Shown in pieces: positions 1 to 9,460 of a DNA stretch of 64,000 nucleotides. The notes under the pieces were generated by a model, which did no database searches, had not been told where the DNA came from, and saw only the letters and a list, made by a program, of their open reading frames with translations. Both the position numbers and the translations under genes were made by a program. Position 1 is the stretch's first letter; the number at the start of each line of letters is the position of its first letter. Source of the DNA: Acidobacteriota bacterium (GTDB lineage: Bacteria; Acidobacteriota; Terriglobia; Terriglobales; SCQP01); NCBI GenBank assembly GCA_027459505.1, contig DAIDIE010000018.1, positions 19,571 to 83,570 on the forward strand, given 5' to 3'.

Positions 1-225
1 ATTTGCCGATTTGAGATTGGTTCAAGTGCAAAGGGCGCATTCTCCTGAGCTGATCTGGCGCCGGAGGGGCCAGGGCTCGCGCGGCAAAACAATCAGGCAG
101 CGAGCGTCGCGCGGCAGGCGCCGCTTTGGAGCGCCACCCGCTTTCAGAAACTGCACGCGCGCAAAACCGCCGCAACGCGCAATAACGACAGCTTACCTCA
201 AGGGAGCGCTTGGTGCGGTGCAAAC

Positions 226-252
226 AAAAACGGGGTGGGCACAGCCCACCCC
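226..252 (-). terminator. Rho-independent terminator after pfk
   Basis: Inverted repeat GGGGTGGGC-ACA-GCCCACCCC (232-252). On the minus strand it is followed by a U-run (A5 at 226-230 on +). It lies about 25 nt past the pfk stop. Confidence 0.7.
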
Positions 253-276
253 GATGACCAGAACCGCATGTGGCGA

Positions 277-1308
277 TCAGCCGGAGAAGACTTCCGAGAG
301 TTTGTACAAGTCGGGATCGACCTTACGGTTTTTGCCGAGGGCCTGTTCCAGCGGGACGGCGGTCAGCTTCTGGCCCTGGAGAGAGGCCATCTGTCCGAAT
401 TCGCCATTGTGGACCATGTCGATGGCCTGAATGCCGTAGCGGGTGGCCAGGACGCGATCGAAAGCGGTGGGAGAGCCGCCGCGCTGAATATGGCCGAGGA
501 TGACGGCGCGGGTTTCAAAACCGGTACGCTTTTCGATCTCCTCGGAGAGGCGGGTACCAATGCCGCCGAGGCGGACGTGTCCGAACTCGTCGACCTTGGC
601 GCTGGTGGTGACCTGATCGCTCTGGGCGGCCATTTTGGCGCCTTCGGCGACGACGACGATGCTGAAGAACTTGCCGCGGGCGGCGCGGCGCTTGAGCATG
701 TCGCAGACGTTTTCCAGGTCAATTTCGTATTCCGGAACGAGGATGACATCGGCGCCGCCGGCGATGCCGGAGTAGGTGGCGATCCAGCCGGCGTCGCGTC
801 CCATGACCTCGACGACCATGACGCGGTTGTGGGCCTCGGCGGTGGTATGGAGGCGATCGATGGCCTCGGTGGCGATATTGACCGCGGTGTCGAAACCGAA
901 GCAGAAGTCGGTGCCGCCGAGGTCGTTATCGATGGTTTTGGGCACGCCGACGACTTTGAGGCCGGCCTTGTGCAGCTTGAGGGCGACGCCCAGGGTGTCA
1001 TCGCCGCCGATTGCGATCAGCGCGTCGAGGTTATTGGCCTTGAAGGTGGCCTTGACGCGATCCAGGCCGTCAGGGTACTTGGCCACATTGGTGCGTGAGG
1101 TGCGCAGGATGGTGCCGCCGCGATGGACGATGCCGGCGATCGCGTCGAGGTCCAGCACCTGGGTGTTGTTCTCCAACACGCCGCGCCAGCCTTCCAGGAA
1201 ACCAATCATGTTGTCGTTGTAGACCATCGTGCCTTTGCGTACAGCCGCACGGATGACCGCATTGAGACCGGGGCAGTCCCCGCCTCCGGTAAGAATTCCT
1301 ACGCGCAT
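277..1308 (-). CDS. pfkA: 6-phosphofructokinase (ATP- or PPi-dependent; the GGDD and PKTIDND signatures favour PPi-type)
   Basis: 343 aa. N-terminus MRVGILTGGGDCPGLNAVIRA, plus IGGDDTLG and GVPKTIDNDL motifs typical of the PFK-A family. Confidence 0.93.
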   Translation of the reverse strand: MRVGILTGGGDCPGLNAVIRAAVRKGTMVYNDNMIGFLEGWRGVLENNTQVLDLDAIAGIVHRGGTILRTSRTNVAKYPDGLDRVKATFKANNLDALIAIGGDDTLGVALKLHKAGLKVVGVPKTIDNDLGGTDFCFGFDTAVNIATEAIDRLHTTAEAHNRVMVVEVMGRDAGWIATYSGIAGGADVILVPEYEIDLENVCDMLKRRAARGKFFSIVVVAEGAKMAAQSDQVTTSAKVDEFGHVRLGGIGTRLSEEIEKRTGFETRAVILGHIQRGGSPTAFDRVLATRYGIQAIDMVHNGEFGQMASLQGQKLTAVPLEQALGKNRKVDPDLYKLSEVFSG

Positions 1309-1535
1309 GAGCCGCTCTCCTCTATGAAAATGCGGGGATGTTAAAAGCTAATCAGTTTACCGTACTTGAGGGCTGGTTTCAGAAGTTTTTGCCTCTGTCC
1401 GGGAAGCTTTTTTCGCGGTGCGCATGAACGGGGTTTTGAAGATGGACGGCGCAGGGCATTGAAGCGTTTGCGCAGCGGGGAACGAGGCATTGAAGCGTTT
1501 GCGCGCGCGGATAAGGCGGTGCGGATGCGTGCGTT

Positions 1536-2414
1536 ATGATGAACAATTACATGCCGCGCAGCAAACCAAGCAGCAGCTACGTGATTGGAGTTCACACTTC
1601 CACGGCCGGCGGGCTGGAGACGGCGGCCGATCGCGCGCGGCAATTGGGCTGCAATGCGCTGCAGATTTTCTCCTCCAGTCCGCGGCAATGGCGAGGTGTG
1701 GCTCCGAGTGAGCAGTGCTGCGCGGAGATGCGGCGGCGGCGGGTGGAGTATGGGCTGAAAACGCTGGTCATCCACGCCAATTACCTGATCAATCTGGCGG
1801 GCTTTAACGACGAGTTTCACCAGAAGTCGCAGACTGCGTTTCGTGGCGAGTTGGAGCGGGCGGCGGCGCTGGGGGCGGAGTATCTGGTGCTGCATCCGGG
1901 CAGCAGCACGGGAGGCGAGCACGGCGAGAGCATACGGCGGCTGCTGGCCACGATCCGGGCCAGCAGCGAAGGGTTTGACTGGAAGGGGCTGACCCTGCTG
2001 ATAGAAAACACCGCCGGAGGCGGCAACCATCTGGGAGGGAACTTCGAAGAGGTAGCGGAGATTCTCGAGGGGTTGCGCGGGCTGCCGGTGGCGGCCTGTC
2101 TGGACACCTGCCATTGCTGGGCAGCGGGCTACGATCTGGTGAGCGCGGAAGGCTTTGAGCAGGTGATGACGGGGGTGGAGCGGATTTTAGGCTGGCGGCA
2201 GGTTCCGGTGTTGCATCTGAACGATTCCAAGGGCGGGCTGGGCTCGCATCTGGACCGCCATGAACACATTGGGGCTGGACAACTGGGCGGGGAGGTATTC
2301 CGCCGGCTGCTGCGCGAGCCGCGTCTGAAGGGAAAAACATTCATCCTGGAAACGCCGGTGGACGGACCGGAAGATCAGAGACGCGATCTGGAAGCGCTGC
2401 GCGCGTTGATTTAG
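1536..2414 (+). CDS. nfo: Deoxyribonuclease IV (endonuclease IV)
   Basis: 292 aa. IGVHTSTAGGL..A..A..LGCNALQIFSSSPRQW, YLVLHPGS and HLNDSK..LGS..DRHEHIG motifs of the AP endonuclease 2 (TIM barrel) family. The exact start among the N-terminal Mets is uncertain. Confidence 0.9.
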   Translation: MMNNYMPRSKPSSSYVIGVHTSTAGGLETAADRARQLGCNALQIFSSSPRQWRGVAPSEQCCAEMRRRRVEYGLKTLVIHANYLINLAGFNDEFHQKSQTAFRGELERAAALGAEYLVLHPGSSTGGEHGESIRRLLATIRASSEGFDWKGLTLLIENTAGGGNHLGGNFEEVAEILEGLRGLPVAACLDTCHCWAAGYDLVSAEGFEQVMTGVERILGWRQVPVLHLNDSKGGLGSHLDRHEHIGAGQLGGEVFRRLLREPRLKGKTFILETPVDGPEDQRRDLEALRALI

Positions 2415-2425
2415 GCAAAAACATT

Positions 2426-4933
2426 ATGGAACGTGAGTTTAAGCCGCTGGAGTTTGAACCCCGCTGGGCGGAGCGTTGGGCCGCCGAGCCGCCGTTTAGT
2501 TTGTTGCAGGGGCAGTCGGGCCGTCCCAAGTACTATGTGCTGGAAATGTTGCCCTACCCCAGCGGCACGCTGCACATGGGGCATGTGCGCAACTATGCGA
2601 TCGGGGACGCGCTGGCGCGTTTCATGTGGATGCGGGGATACGACGTTCTGCACCCGATGGGATGGGACTCGTTTGGGTTGCCGGCGGAGAACGCGGCGAT
2701 CAAGAACAACGTTCCGCCGCGGGATTGGACACTGCGCAACATCAGTCACATGAAGCGGCAGGATCTGCGCTTCGGATTCAGCTATGACTGGCAGCGGGAA
2801 GTCACCACGTGTTTGCCGGATTACTACCGTTGGAACCAGTGGCTGTTTTTGCAGTTTTACAAGCGCGGGCTGGCGTTCCGGAAGAAGGGAACGGTGAACT
2901 GGTGCCCCAAATGCGCCACCGTGCTGGCGAACGAGCAGGTGGCGGGCGGGGTGTGCTGGCGGCACGAGGACACGCCCGTGGAACTGCGCGAACTGGAGCA
3001 GTGGTATTTCCGCACCTCGGCGTATGCGGAAGAGCTGCTGCGGGATCTGGACGGGATGGCGGGCTGGCCGGAGCGGGTGCGCACGATGCAGCGCAACTGG
3101 ATCGGGCGCAGCGAGGGTGCGGAGGTGGACTTCACGCTGCGGGATGCGCAGGGAGACGCGGCCGCCGGCGCGGCGATACGCGTCTTTACCACGCGCATTG
3201 ACACGATCTACGGAGCGGCGGCGGTGTTTTTAGCGCCCGAGCATTCGCTGACCGCGCAACTGTTGCGTGGCGCCGAGCTGGAGAAGGCGCGCGCCCTGCG
3301 CTCGACGTTTAAGGCCGGTTTCGATCCCAGCAAGGAACCGGAAAAAGAGGGTTTGTTCACCGGCGCCTACGCCGTGAATCCGTTCAATGGCCAGGCGCTG
3401 CCCATCTGGGTGGCGAACTTCATCCTGATGGGGTACGGCACCGGCGCCATCATGGCCGTACCGGCGCACGACGAACGCGACTTCGATTTCTGCAGGAAGT
3501 ACGGGATTGCGTTCAAGCAGGTGATCGTGCCGGCGGGCGAGGCGGCGCGGGAGCGGCTGGATGCGGCGCTGGTGGAAGATGGGCTGCTGGTGGAATCGGG
3601 TCCGTTCAGCGGCTTGCCGAACCGCGGCCCGAACGGGGCGATTGCCGCGATGACGCGCTACGCGGAAGAAAAAGGTTTTGGAAAGGGAACGGTCACCTAC
3701 CGCCTGCAGGATTGGGGCATTTCCCGGCAGCGCTATTGGGGCACGCCCATCCCCATGGTGCATTGCGAAAAATGCGGGGTGGTTGCGGTGCCGGAGTCGC
3801 AACTGCCGGTGTTGCTGCCGCAGGATGTGAAGATCACCGGCAGCGGGCAATCGCCGTTGGCCTCGGACGCGTCATTTCTGAATACAAGCTGCCCGCAGTG
3901 CGGCGGCGCGGCGCGGCGCGAGACCGATACCATGGACACGTTTGTGGATTCGTCGTGGTACTTCTACCGCTACGTTTCGCCCAAGGCGGATGACGCGCCG
4001 TTTTACTCCGATGACGTACGCCGGTGGTTTCCGGTGGATCAGTACATTGGCGGCATCGAGCATGCCATTCTGCACCTGATCTACACGCGCTTCTTCACCA
4101 AAGTCTTCCGCGACCTCGGGCTGGTGGACTTCAAGGAGCCGGTGGAACGCCTGTTTACACAGGGAATGATTACGCGGCATGGGGCGAAGATGTCGAAGTC
4201 GAAGGGCAACGTGGTCGATCCCGCCGAGCTGGTGGACCGCTACGGGGCCGATTCCGCGCGCATGTACGTGCTGTTTGCCGCGCCTCCGGAGAAAGATTTC
4301 GACTGGAACGACCAGGGGGTGGAAGGGATACATCGTTTTCTGGCGCGGGTATTCCGGCTGGCCACGCGCAACGGCGAGGCGGCAAGGCGGGCGCTCTCCA
4401 GCCGGGAGGAGGTTACGGCGCAGAACCCGGTGGAGGCGGCTTTGCTGCGCAAGACGCATCAGGTACTGGCGCGCATAACCGAAGACTTTGACGGACGCTG
4501 GCATTTCAACACTTCCATTGCCGCGATCATGGAGCTGACCAACGAGCTTTACGCCAGCGAGGCGGCACTGCAAGGCAGCGGGCATGGGCAACTAGTGCTG
4601 GGCCAGACCATTGCGATACTGGTACGCATGCTGGCGCCCTTTGCTCCCTTCACGGCGCAGGAGTTGTGGAGCGAGTTCAGTCAGGAGAGTCCTCTGGCAC
4701 TGGAGAGCTGGCCGGAGTTTGACGCCGGCTTGGCGAAAGAAGAGGAAATCGAAATCCCGGTGCAGGTCAATGGCAAGCTGCGCAGCCGATTGCTGGTCGC
4801 TCCCCACACCGATGAGGCGCGTCTGCGGGAACTGGCGCAGGCCGACGAGAAGGTGCTGGCGCATACGGACGGCAAGCAGATCGTGAAAGTGGTGGTGATC
4901 CCGGACAAGCTGGTGAATATTGTGGTGCGATGA
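2426..4933 (+). CDS. leuS: Leucine--tRNA ligase
   Basis: 835 aa. Class I HIGH motif (PYPSGTLHMGHVRNY), KMSKS motif (GAKMSKSKGN) and a CP1 editing domain. Confidence 0.98.
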   Translation: MEREFKPLEFEPRWAERWAAEPPFSLLQGQSGRPKYYVLEMLPYPSGTLHMGHVRNYAIGDALARFMWMRGYDVLHPMGWDSFGLPAENAAIKNNVPPRDWTLRNISHMKRQDLRFGFSYDWQREVTTCLPDYYRWNQWLFLQFYKRGLAFRKKGTVNWCPKCATVLANEQVAGGVCWRHEDTPVELRELEQWYFRTSAYAEELLRDLDGMAGWPERVRTMQRNWIGRSEGAEVDFTLRDAQGDAAAGAAIRVFTTRIDTIYGAAAVFLAPEHSLTAQLLRGAELEKARALRSTFKAGFDPSKEPEKEGLFTGAYAVNPFNGQALPIWVANFILMGYGTGAIMAVPAHDERDFDFCRKYGIAFKQVIVPAGEAARERLDAALVEDGLLVESGPFSGLPNRGPNGAIAAMTRYAEEKGFGKGTVTYRLQDWGISRQRYWGTPIPMVHCEKCGVVAVPESQLPVLLPQDVKITGSGQSPLASDASFLNTSCPQCGGAARRETDTMDTFVDSSWYFYRYVSPKADDAPFYSDDVRRWFPVDQYIGGIEHAILHLIYTRFFTKVFRDLGLVDFKEPVERLFTQGMITRHGAKMSKSKGNVVDPAELVDRYGADSARMYVLFAAPPEKDFDWNDQGVEGIHRFLARVFRLATRNGEAARRALSSREEVTAQNPVEAALLRKTHQVLARITEDFDGRWHFNTSIAAIMELTNELYASEAALQGSGHGQLVLGQTIAILVRMLAPFAPFTAQELWSEFSQESPLALESWPEFDAGLAKEEEIEIPVQVNGKLRSRLLVAPHTDEARLRELAQADEKVLAHTDGKQIVKVVVIPDKLVNIVVR

Positions 4934-4976
4934 GGGCGGGGTGGTTTAGCTTTTCCGCTGCTGCGGTTTACACCCC

Positions 4977-5300
4977 TCAGCCCTGCCGCGCCAGGTACTG
5001 CTCGATGGATTCACCGAGGCGTTCGCGGAAGCGTTCGGCGATGGCGGGGATTTCGCCGGCGCGTTCGTCGAGCAGGATACGCTCGACGCGATGCATGGGG
5101 AAGAATGAGGTGGGGAAGGGGAGGGCGGGGCCGGCGCCGTCCTGGGCGCGATGTTCGCGGACCTGGGTGATGAAGTCGTCGAGTGAATTGAGCTCGATGG
5201 CGCGCAGGGTGACGCCCCCGGGCTGCAGGGCGATGAGTTCACCCCAATAGCGTTCGCGCGGATTGCCGAGGGTGAGCAGGACGATGCAAGGAAGGTTCAT
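4977..5300 (-). CDS. Hypothetical protein (107 aa), translationally coupled to scoB
   Basis: The ORF start overlaps the scoB stop by 4 nt (ATGA). No motif recognised. Coding is supported only by position and length. Confidence 0.5.
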   Translation of the reverse strand: MNLPCIVLLTLGNPRERYWGELIALQPGGVTLRAIELNSLDDFITQVREHRAQDGAGPALPFPTSFFPMHRVERILLDERAGEIPAIAERFRERLGESIEQYLARQG

Positions 5301-5959
5301 GCGGGCATTTCCCGTAGATGCGGTGAGCGCAGCAGGGTGGCTTCCGTGGCGGCCTGCACCTGTTCAAAGCTGAGTCCCGGGGCGATCTCTTCCAGCAGGA
5401 TGCCTTGCGGGGTGAGGCGCATGAAGCCCATCTCGGTGACGATGAAGTTCACCGCCGCCAGGCCGGTGAGGGGCAGCCGGCATTGCTTGAGGATTTTGGG
5501 ACCGCCGTCGTGGGTGGTGTGTTCCATGGCGACGTAGAGGCAGCGGGCGCCGGCGACCAGATCCATGGCGCCTCCCATGCCTTTGATGAGCTTGCCGGGC
5601 ACCATCCAGTTGGCGATGTTGCCGCGCTCGTCGACCTCCATCGCGCCCATGACCGCCATATCAATGTGACCGCCGCGGATCATGGCGAAGGAATCGGCGC
5701 TATTGAAATAGCAGCAGCCGGGGATTTCGCTGACCGTCTCCTTGCCGGCGTTGATGAGGTCGGCGTCCTCCTCGCCTTCATAGGGATAAGGGCCGACGCC
5801 GAGCATACCGTTTTCCGACTGCAGCACCACCTCGATGCCGGGAGGAACCAGGTTGCTGACCAGGGTGGGCAAACCGATGCCGAGGTTGACGTAGTAGCCG
5901 TCGCGCAGTTCGCGGGCGACGCGGCGAGCGATGAGCATGCGCTTGTCCTGATCTTTCAT
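5297..5959 (-). CDS. scoB: 3-oxoacid CoA-transferase subunit B
   Basis: Start chosen at MKDQDKRMLIARRVARELRDGYYVNLGIGLPT. The SENG motif (LQSENGMLG) carries the catalytic Glu. Overlaps the scoA stop by 4 nt. Confidence 0.92.
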   Translation of the reverse strand: MKDQDKRMLIARRVARELRDGYYVNLGIGLPTLVSNLVPPGIEVVLQSENGMLGVGPYPYEGEEDADLINAGKETVSEIPGCCYFNSADSFAMIRGGHIDMAVMGAMEVDERGNIANWMVPGKLIKGMGGAMDLVAGARCLYVAMEHTTHDGGPKILKQCRLPLTGLAAVNFIVTEMGFMRLTPQGILLEEIAPGLSFEQVQAATEATLLRSPHLREMPA

Positions 5960-6663
5960 TGGCCCGGCTCCCGTTTGCGGATGGTGCGGCGTTCGATGGG
6001 TTTGCGATAGGCGGCGCCCTGGATAAGGCGCTGGACGTAGATTCCCGGGGTGACGATGCACTCGGGGTCGAGGCCGCCGGGTTCAACGACCTCCTCGGCT
6101 TCGGCGATCGTGACGCGGGCGGCGGTGGCCATGATGGGATTGAAGTTGCGCGCGGTCTTGCGGTAGGTGAGGTTGCCCCAGCGGTCGGCGCGGTAGGCCT
6201 TAATCAGCGCGAAGTCGGCGCGCAGCCAGTGCTCCAGCAGGTAGGGGCGGCCGTCGAAGTCGCGCGTTTCCTTTCCCTGGGCAATCGGTGTGCCCACCCC
6301 GGCAGGTGTAAAGAAGGCGGGGATGCCGGCGCCACCGGCGCGGATGCGCTCGGCGAAAGTGCCTTGCGGAACCAATTCGGTTTCCAGGGTTCCTTCGCGG
6401 GTACGCTGCTCGAAGATCTTGTTCTCGCCGACGTAAGTGGAGATCATTTTGCGGATCTGTCCGGCGGCGAGCAGCACACCAATGCCTTCCGATTCAATGC
6501 CGGCGTTGTTGCTGATGACGGTGAGGTTGGTGACACCCTTCTTGTGCAGGGCCTGGAGGAGGTTTTCCGGATTACCGCTGAGGCCGAAGCCTCCGATCAT
6601 GAGCACGGCGCCATTGGCAATATCGGCGACCGCGTCATCGGCGCCGCGCACCAGCTTGTTCAT
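5956..6663 (-). CDS. scoA: 3-oxoacid CoA-transferase subunit A
   Basis: 235 aa. MNKLV..ADDAVADI.NGAVLMIGGFGLSGNPENL and the rest match CoA-transferase family I subunit A. Confidence 0.92.
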   Translation of the reverse strand: MNKLVRGADDAVADIANGAVLMIGGFGLSGNPENLLQALHKKGVTNLTVISNNAGIESEGIGVLLAAGQIRKMISTYVGENKIFEQRTREGTLETELVPQGTFAERIRAGGAGIPAFFTPAGVGTPIAQGKETRDFDGRPYLLEHWLRADFALIKAYRADRWGNLTYRKTARNFNPIMATAARVTIAEAEEVVEPGGLDPECIVTPGIYVQRLIQGAAYRKPIERRTIRKREPGQ

Positions 6664-6721
6664 GGCTTTATCTTACTCGCGGGAGCGGTGAAGGGAAGCG
6701 AGCGATGGGAAGCGCGGGCGC

Positions 6722-7582
6722 TTACCGTCCGCTCAGCAGGGAGCGCAGTTGGGCGCCCTGCTGGAACAGGCTTTCCATCTCGCGGGTGCGCAGGTGCTGG
6801 CGCATGAAGTCGAGCTGCTGTTGCAGGGCGGAGAGAGCGGCATCGATCTCGTCGCTGTTGGTCAGGAGGATGTCGCGCCATAAGGCGTAGGAACTGGCGG
6901 CAAGGCGAGTCATGTCGCGGACGCCGGGGCCGGCGGCCCGCAGTTGGTCTGGCGTGGCGGCAAAGACATCGGCGAGCTGGCTGGCGAGAGCGGTGGAAAG
7001 GAGCTGAGGCAGGTGGCTCAGCAGGGCGAGCACGTGATCGTGCTGATCGGGGGACATCCAAAGCGGATGGGCGCCGGCGGCGGCAATGACCGCAAGCAGA
7101 GGGGCGGCATGCTGTTGCTCGCCTATTAGTATCCAACCGCGGTCCTGAAAGAGGGTGGGGGAGGCGTGCTGGAGACCTGAGGTTTCGCGTCCGGCCATGG
7201 GATGACCACCGATGAAACGGCTGCCGAGCAGTTGAGTTCCGCGTTGAACGATGGCGCGTTTGGTGCTCCCAAAATCGGAGACGACGGTGTGGGCAGGGAC
7301 GGCGGCGGCGACCTCGGGAAGCAGATTTAAGATGGCGCCGACGGGGGTGCAGAGCAGCACCAGGTCGGCGGAACTACAGGCCTCGCGAAGCGAGGCGGCG
7401 GCGTGATCGAGCAGCCCGTCGCGCAGCGCCTGCGCAAGAGTGGTATCGCGGTCATAGCCGGTTAGCTCGCAGGGGAACGCGGCGGCGCGCAGGGCAAGAG
7501 CAAGAGAGCCGCCGAGCAGGCCCACCCCAATGATGGTGATGCGGAGAGGGCGAGGGGAAGCGCTGTTCGGTGAATCCGGCAC
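6722..7582 (-). CDS. tyrA: Prephenate dehydrogenase
   Basis: Rossmann motif ITIIGVGLLGGSLALAL, then GGHPMAGRE. The 428-aa longest ORF runs into the next gene, so the start was set at GTG 7582. A TATAAT-like hexamer lies just upstream. The start is uncertain. Confidence 0.85.
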   Translation of the reverse strand: MPDSPNSASPRPLRITIIGVGLLGGSLALALRAAAFPCELTGYDRDTTLAQALRDGLLDHAAASLREACSSADLVLLCTPVGAILNLLPEVAAAVPAHTVVSDFGSTKRAIVQRGTQLLGSRFIGGHPMAGRETSGLQHASPTLFQDRGWILIGEQQHAAPLLAVIAAAGAHPLWMSPDQHDHVLALLSHLPQLLSTALASQLADVFAATPDQLRAAGPGVRDMTRLAASSYALWRDILLTNSDEIDAALSALQQQLDFMRQHLRTREMESLFQQGAQLRSLLSGR

Positions 7583-7779
7583 GGAAACGATTATACAGGC
7601 GGGGGATTCGCGAGGTTTGTGGCAAGCGCGTCGCGCAGCGAGGCACGGGGCGGGAGGCGAGGGGTTGACCGGGAGCAGTGGGTGAGCGCTGAAGTGGGCA
7701 AGGTCGCGGGTTCGGGCTCGAACTCGCGATCCATGCGAGCCGGCCCTGGCTCGTACGGTCGCCAGGGGCGTTTTAGAGC

Positions 7780-8115
7780 CTACAGTCCGCGCCCCCAGAA
7801 GGCGAAGGCCACGGCCATGACGACGCATAGCAAGGATGCGGCGTACTGCCAGCGCAGGGGCTCTTTGAAATAGATCCAGGCGAAAACCACGAAGACGCAG
7901 AGGGTGATGATCTCCTGAATGATTTTGAGTTGATATGGCGTAAAAGTGCGGTAGCCGATGCGGTTGGCGGGCACCTGGAAACAGTATTCGAAAAAGGCGA
8001 TTCCCCAACTCACGAGGATGACTTCCCAGAGCGGTGCGGAACGGTGTTTGAGGTGACCATACCAGGCAATGGTCATGAAGGTGTTGGAAATGATGAGGAG
8101 CAGTACGGTGATCAT
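7780..8115 (-). CDS. DMT-superfamily small membrane protein (DUF486-like)
   Basis: 111 aa with 4 predicted TM helices. The MITVLLLIISNTFMTIAWYGHLK... pattern is characteristic of the DUF486 family. Confidence 0.8.
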   Translation of the reverse strand: MITVLLLIISNTFMTIAWYGHLKHRSAPLWEVILVSWGIAFFEYCFQVPANRIGYRTFTPYQLKIIQEIITLCVFVVFAWIYFKEPLRWQYAASLLCVVMAVAFAFWGRGL

Positions 8116-8174
8116 GGGGCTATGGGGTGGCTGAATCGGGACTAAATAGAGTGTCCCATGCAGGGCGCCGGAAG

Positions 8175-9296
8175 TCAGCGGCCGCGGTCAGGGCGAGTGG
8201 CCTTATCGGAATACAGGGATTGGTCGGACTCTTCCAGGAGTTCACGAAGCGATTGGCCGCGATCCTGGAAGGCATAGCCGCAGGAGGTATGGACAGCGAC
8301 AGCATCGCCGGAGGGCAGAGTAATCGTGATGGGGAAGCAGCGTTCAATGCGCTCCAGGACGCGAATGCCCTCATCGAGGGTGACCTGATTGAGGATGACG
8401 AGGAACTCATCGCCGCCGAGGCGCAGGGCGGTGGCCTCAGGTTCGCGGGTGACGCGGCGGAGGGTTTGAGCGACCGCTTCGAGGGCCTGATCGCCGGCGG
8501 CGTGTCCGTAGGTATCGTTGATAGGTTTGAAGCCGTCGAGGTCGATGGCAATGACGGCCATGGCGCGGCCACGGACCGGCGGCTGCTGAGTGCGGCGCTC
8601 GAGGTACTCCTGCAGGAGGTGGCGATTGCCCAGGCCGGTGAGGGAATCGGTTTTGGCCATGTCGGCGATGCGCGACTCATATTGATCGAGCACCCAGCCG
8701 ACAATGAACCAGGTGAGGATCACGAGGGCCAGGCGGAGCAGGAAAGCGGCGCGGATGAGGAACGAGCGCACATGGCGGAGGCGGGCCTCGACACGGCCGG
8801 GGGGCTGCACGATACAGACGAAGTCGCCCAGCCCGGAAGACCAATGACAGGCCAACAGGGAGGGAGCGCCGCCGGGAGGAGTGGCGGGCAAGGTTCCGAG
8901 CAGGTCGGTCTGGGCGCTGAGGGCCTGGGCGAGCTTCACATGCTGGGTGCCGGCGGAGAGGTTGAGGCGCAACTGGGACCAGTCGCCGCCCACCAGGGAG
9001 GGGACGGGATGGGCAAGCAGGCGTCCGGAGGGACTGAGCAAGATGGCGTATTCACCGTGTGGGATGTTGAGGCGTTCCAGGAAAAGTTCTGTGGTCTGCA
9101 GGCTGGAGGGGGCGCCGGGCTGAGCGGGGCCATCGCTCTGTTCGAGGGCGGCGCTGAGAGCGGCGGCGGTCTGCTGGGCGTCCTGCAGGAACTGGACGGT
9201 GATTTGCTGTCTGACCAGGTGCAGGCTGGTAATTTCAACCGCGCCTTCGCCAAGGATCGAGACCGTCACCAGGGCGGCGGTGATGGTGATCTGCAT
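8175..9296 (-). CDS. Diguanylate cyclase (GGDEF) with a periplasmic sensor region between two TM helices
   Basis: C-terminal D.LTGLGNR..., AVIAIDLDGFKPINDTYGHAAGD and an intact RLGGDEF motif. The start is ambiguous: ATG 9296 is used, and the longest ORF starts at GTG 9425. Confidence 0.88.
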   Translation of the reverse strand: MQITITAALVTVSILGEGAVEITSLHLVRQQITVQFLQDAQQTAAALSAALEQSDGPAQPGAPSSLQTTELFLERLNIPHGEYAILLSPSGRLLAHPVPSLVGGDWSQLRLNLSAGTQHVKLAQALSAQTDLLGTLPATPPGGAPSLLACHWSSGLGDFVCIVQPPGRVEARLRHVRSFLIRAAFLLRLALVILTWFIVGWVLDQYESRIADMAKTDSLTGLGNRHLLQEYLERRTQQPPVRGRAMAVIAIDLDGFKPINDTYGHAAGDQALEAVAQTLRRVTREPEATALRLGGDEFLVILNQVTLDEGIRVLERIERCFPITITLPSGDAVAVHTSCGYAFQDRGQSLRELLEESDQSLYSDKATRPDRGR

Positions 9297-9460
9297 GACG
9301 CGCGGGTTGCGAAGCCGCAGGATGGGGAGGCGCAGGCGCACGCGGTCATTATGGGGGCGGAAGCGAGGCAGGTAAATGAGAAAGAGACAGTAGAATCCAG
9401 GGCATAACGGGGAGCGAGGCGGCACAAGGGAGCGTGGGGTGCGTGCTAGACTTTTGGGCA

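Noticed and set aside
235-1098. 287-aa ORF on the + strand across the pfk locus. There are many similar long ORFs, for example 5959-6807 +, 8127-9407 +, 24526-25389 +, 25735-27210 +, 27789-29240 +, 33260-34270 -, 34017-35012 -, 53473-54723 - and 57507-58463 -.
   Set aside because: Each lies antisense or out of frame over a gene with strong family motifs. Their translations are low-complexity (Gly/Ala/Arg/Asp-rich) with no motifs. These are typical shadow ORFs of high-GC DNA.
7583-8008. 5' extension of the tyrA ORF to 428 aa.
   Set aside because: The extension is Arg/Pro-rich and has no homology pattern. It overlaps the DUF486 gene on the same strand. The Rossmann fold begins right after the proposed GTG 7582.
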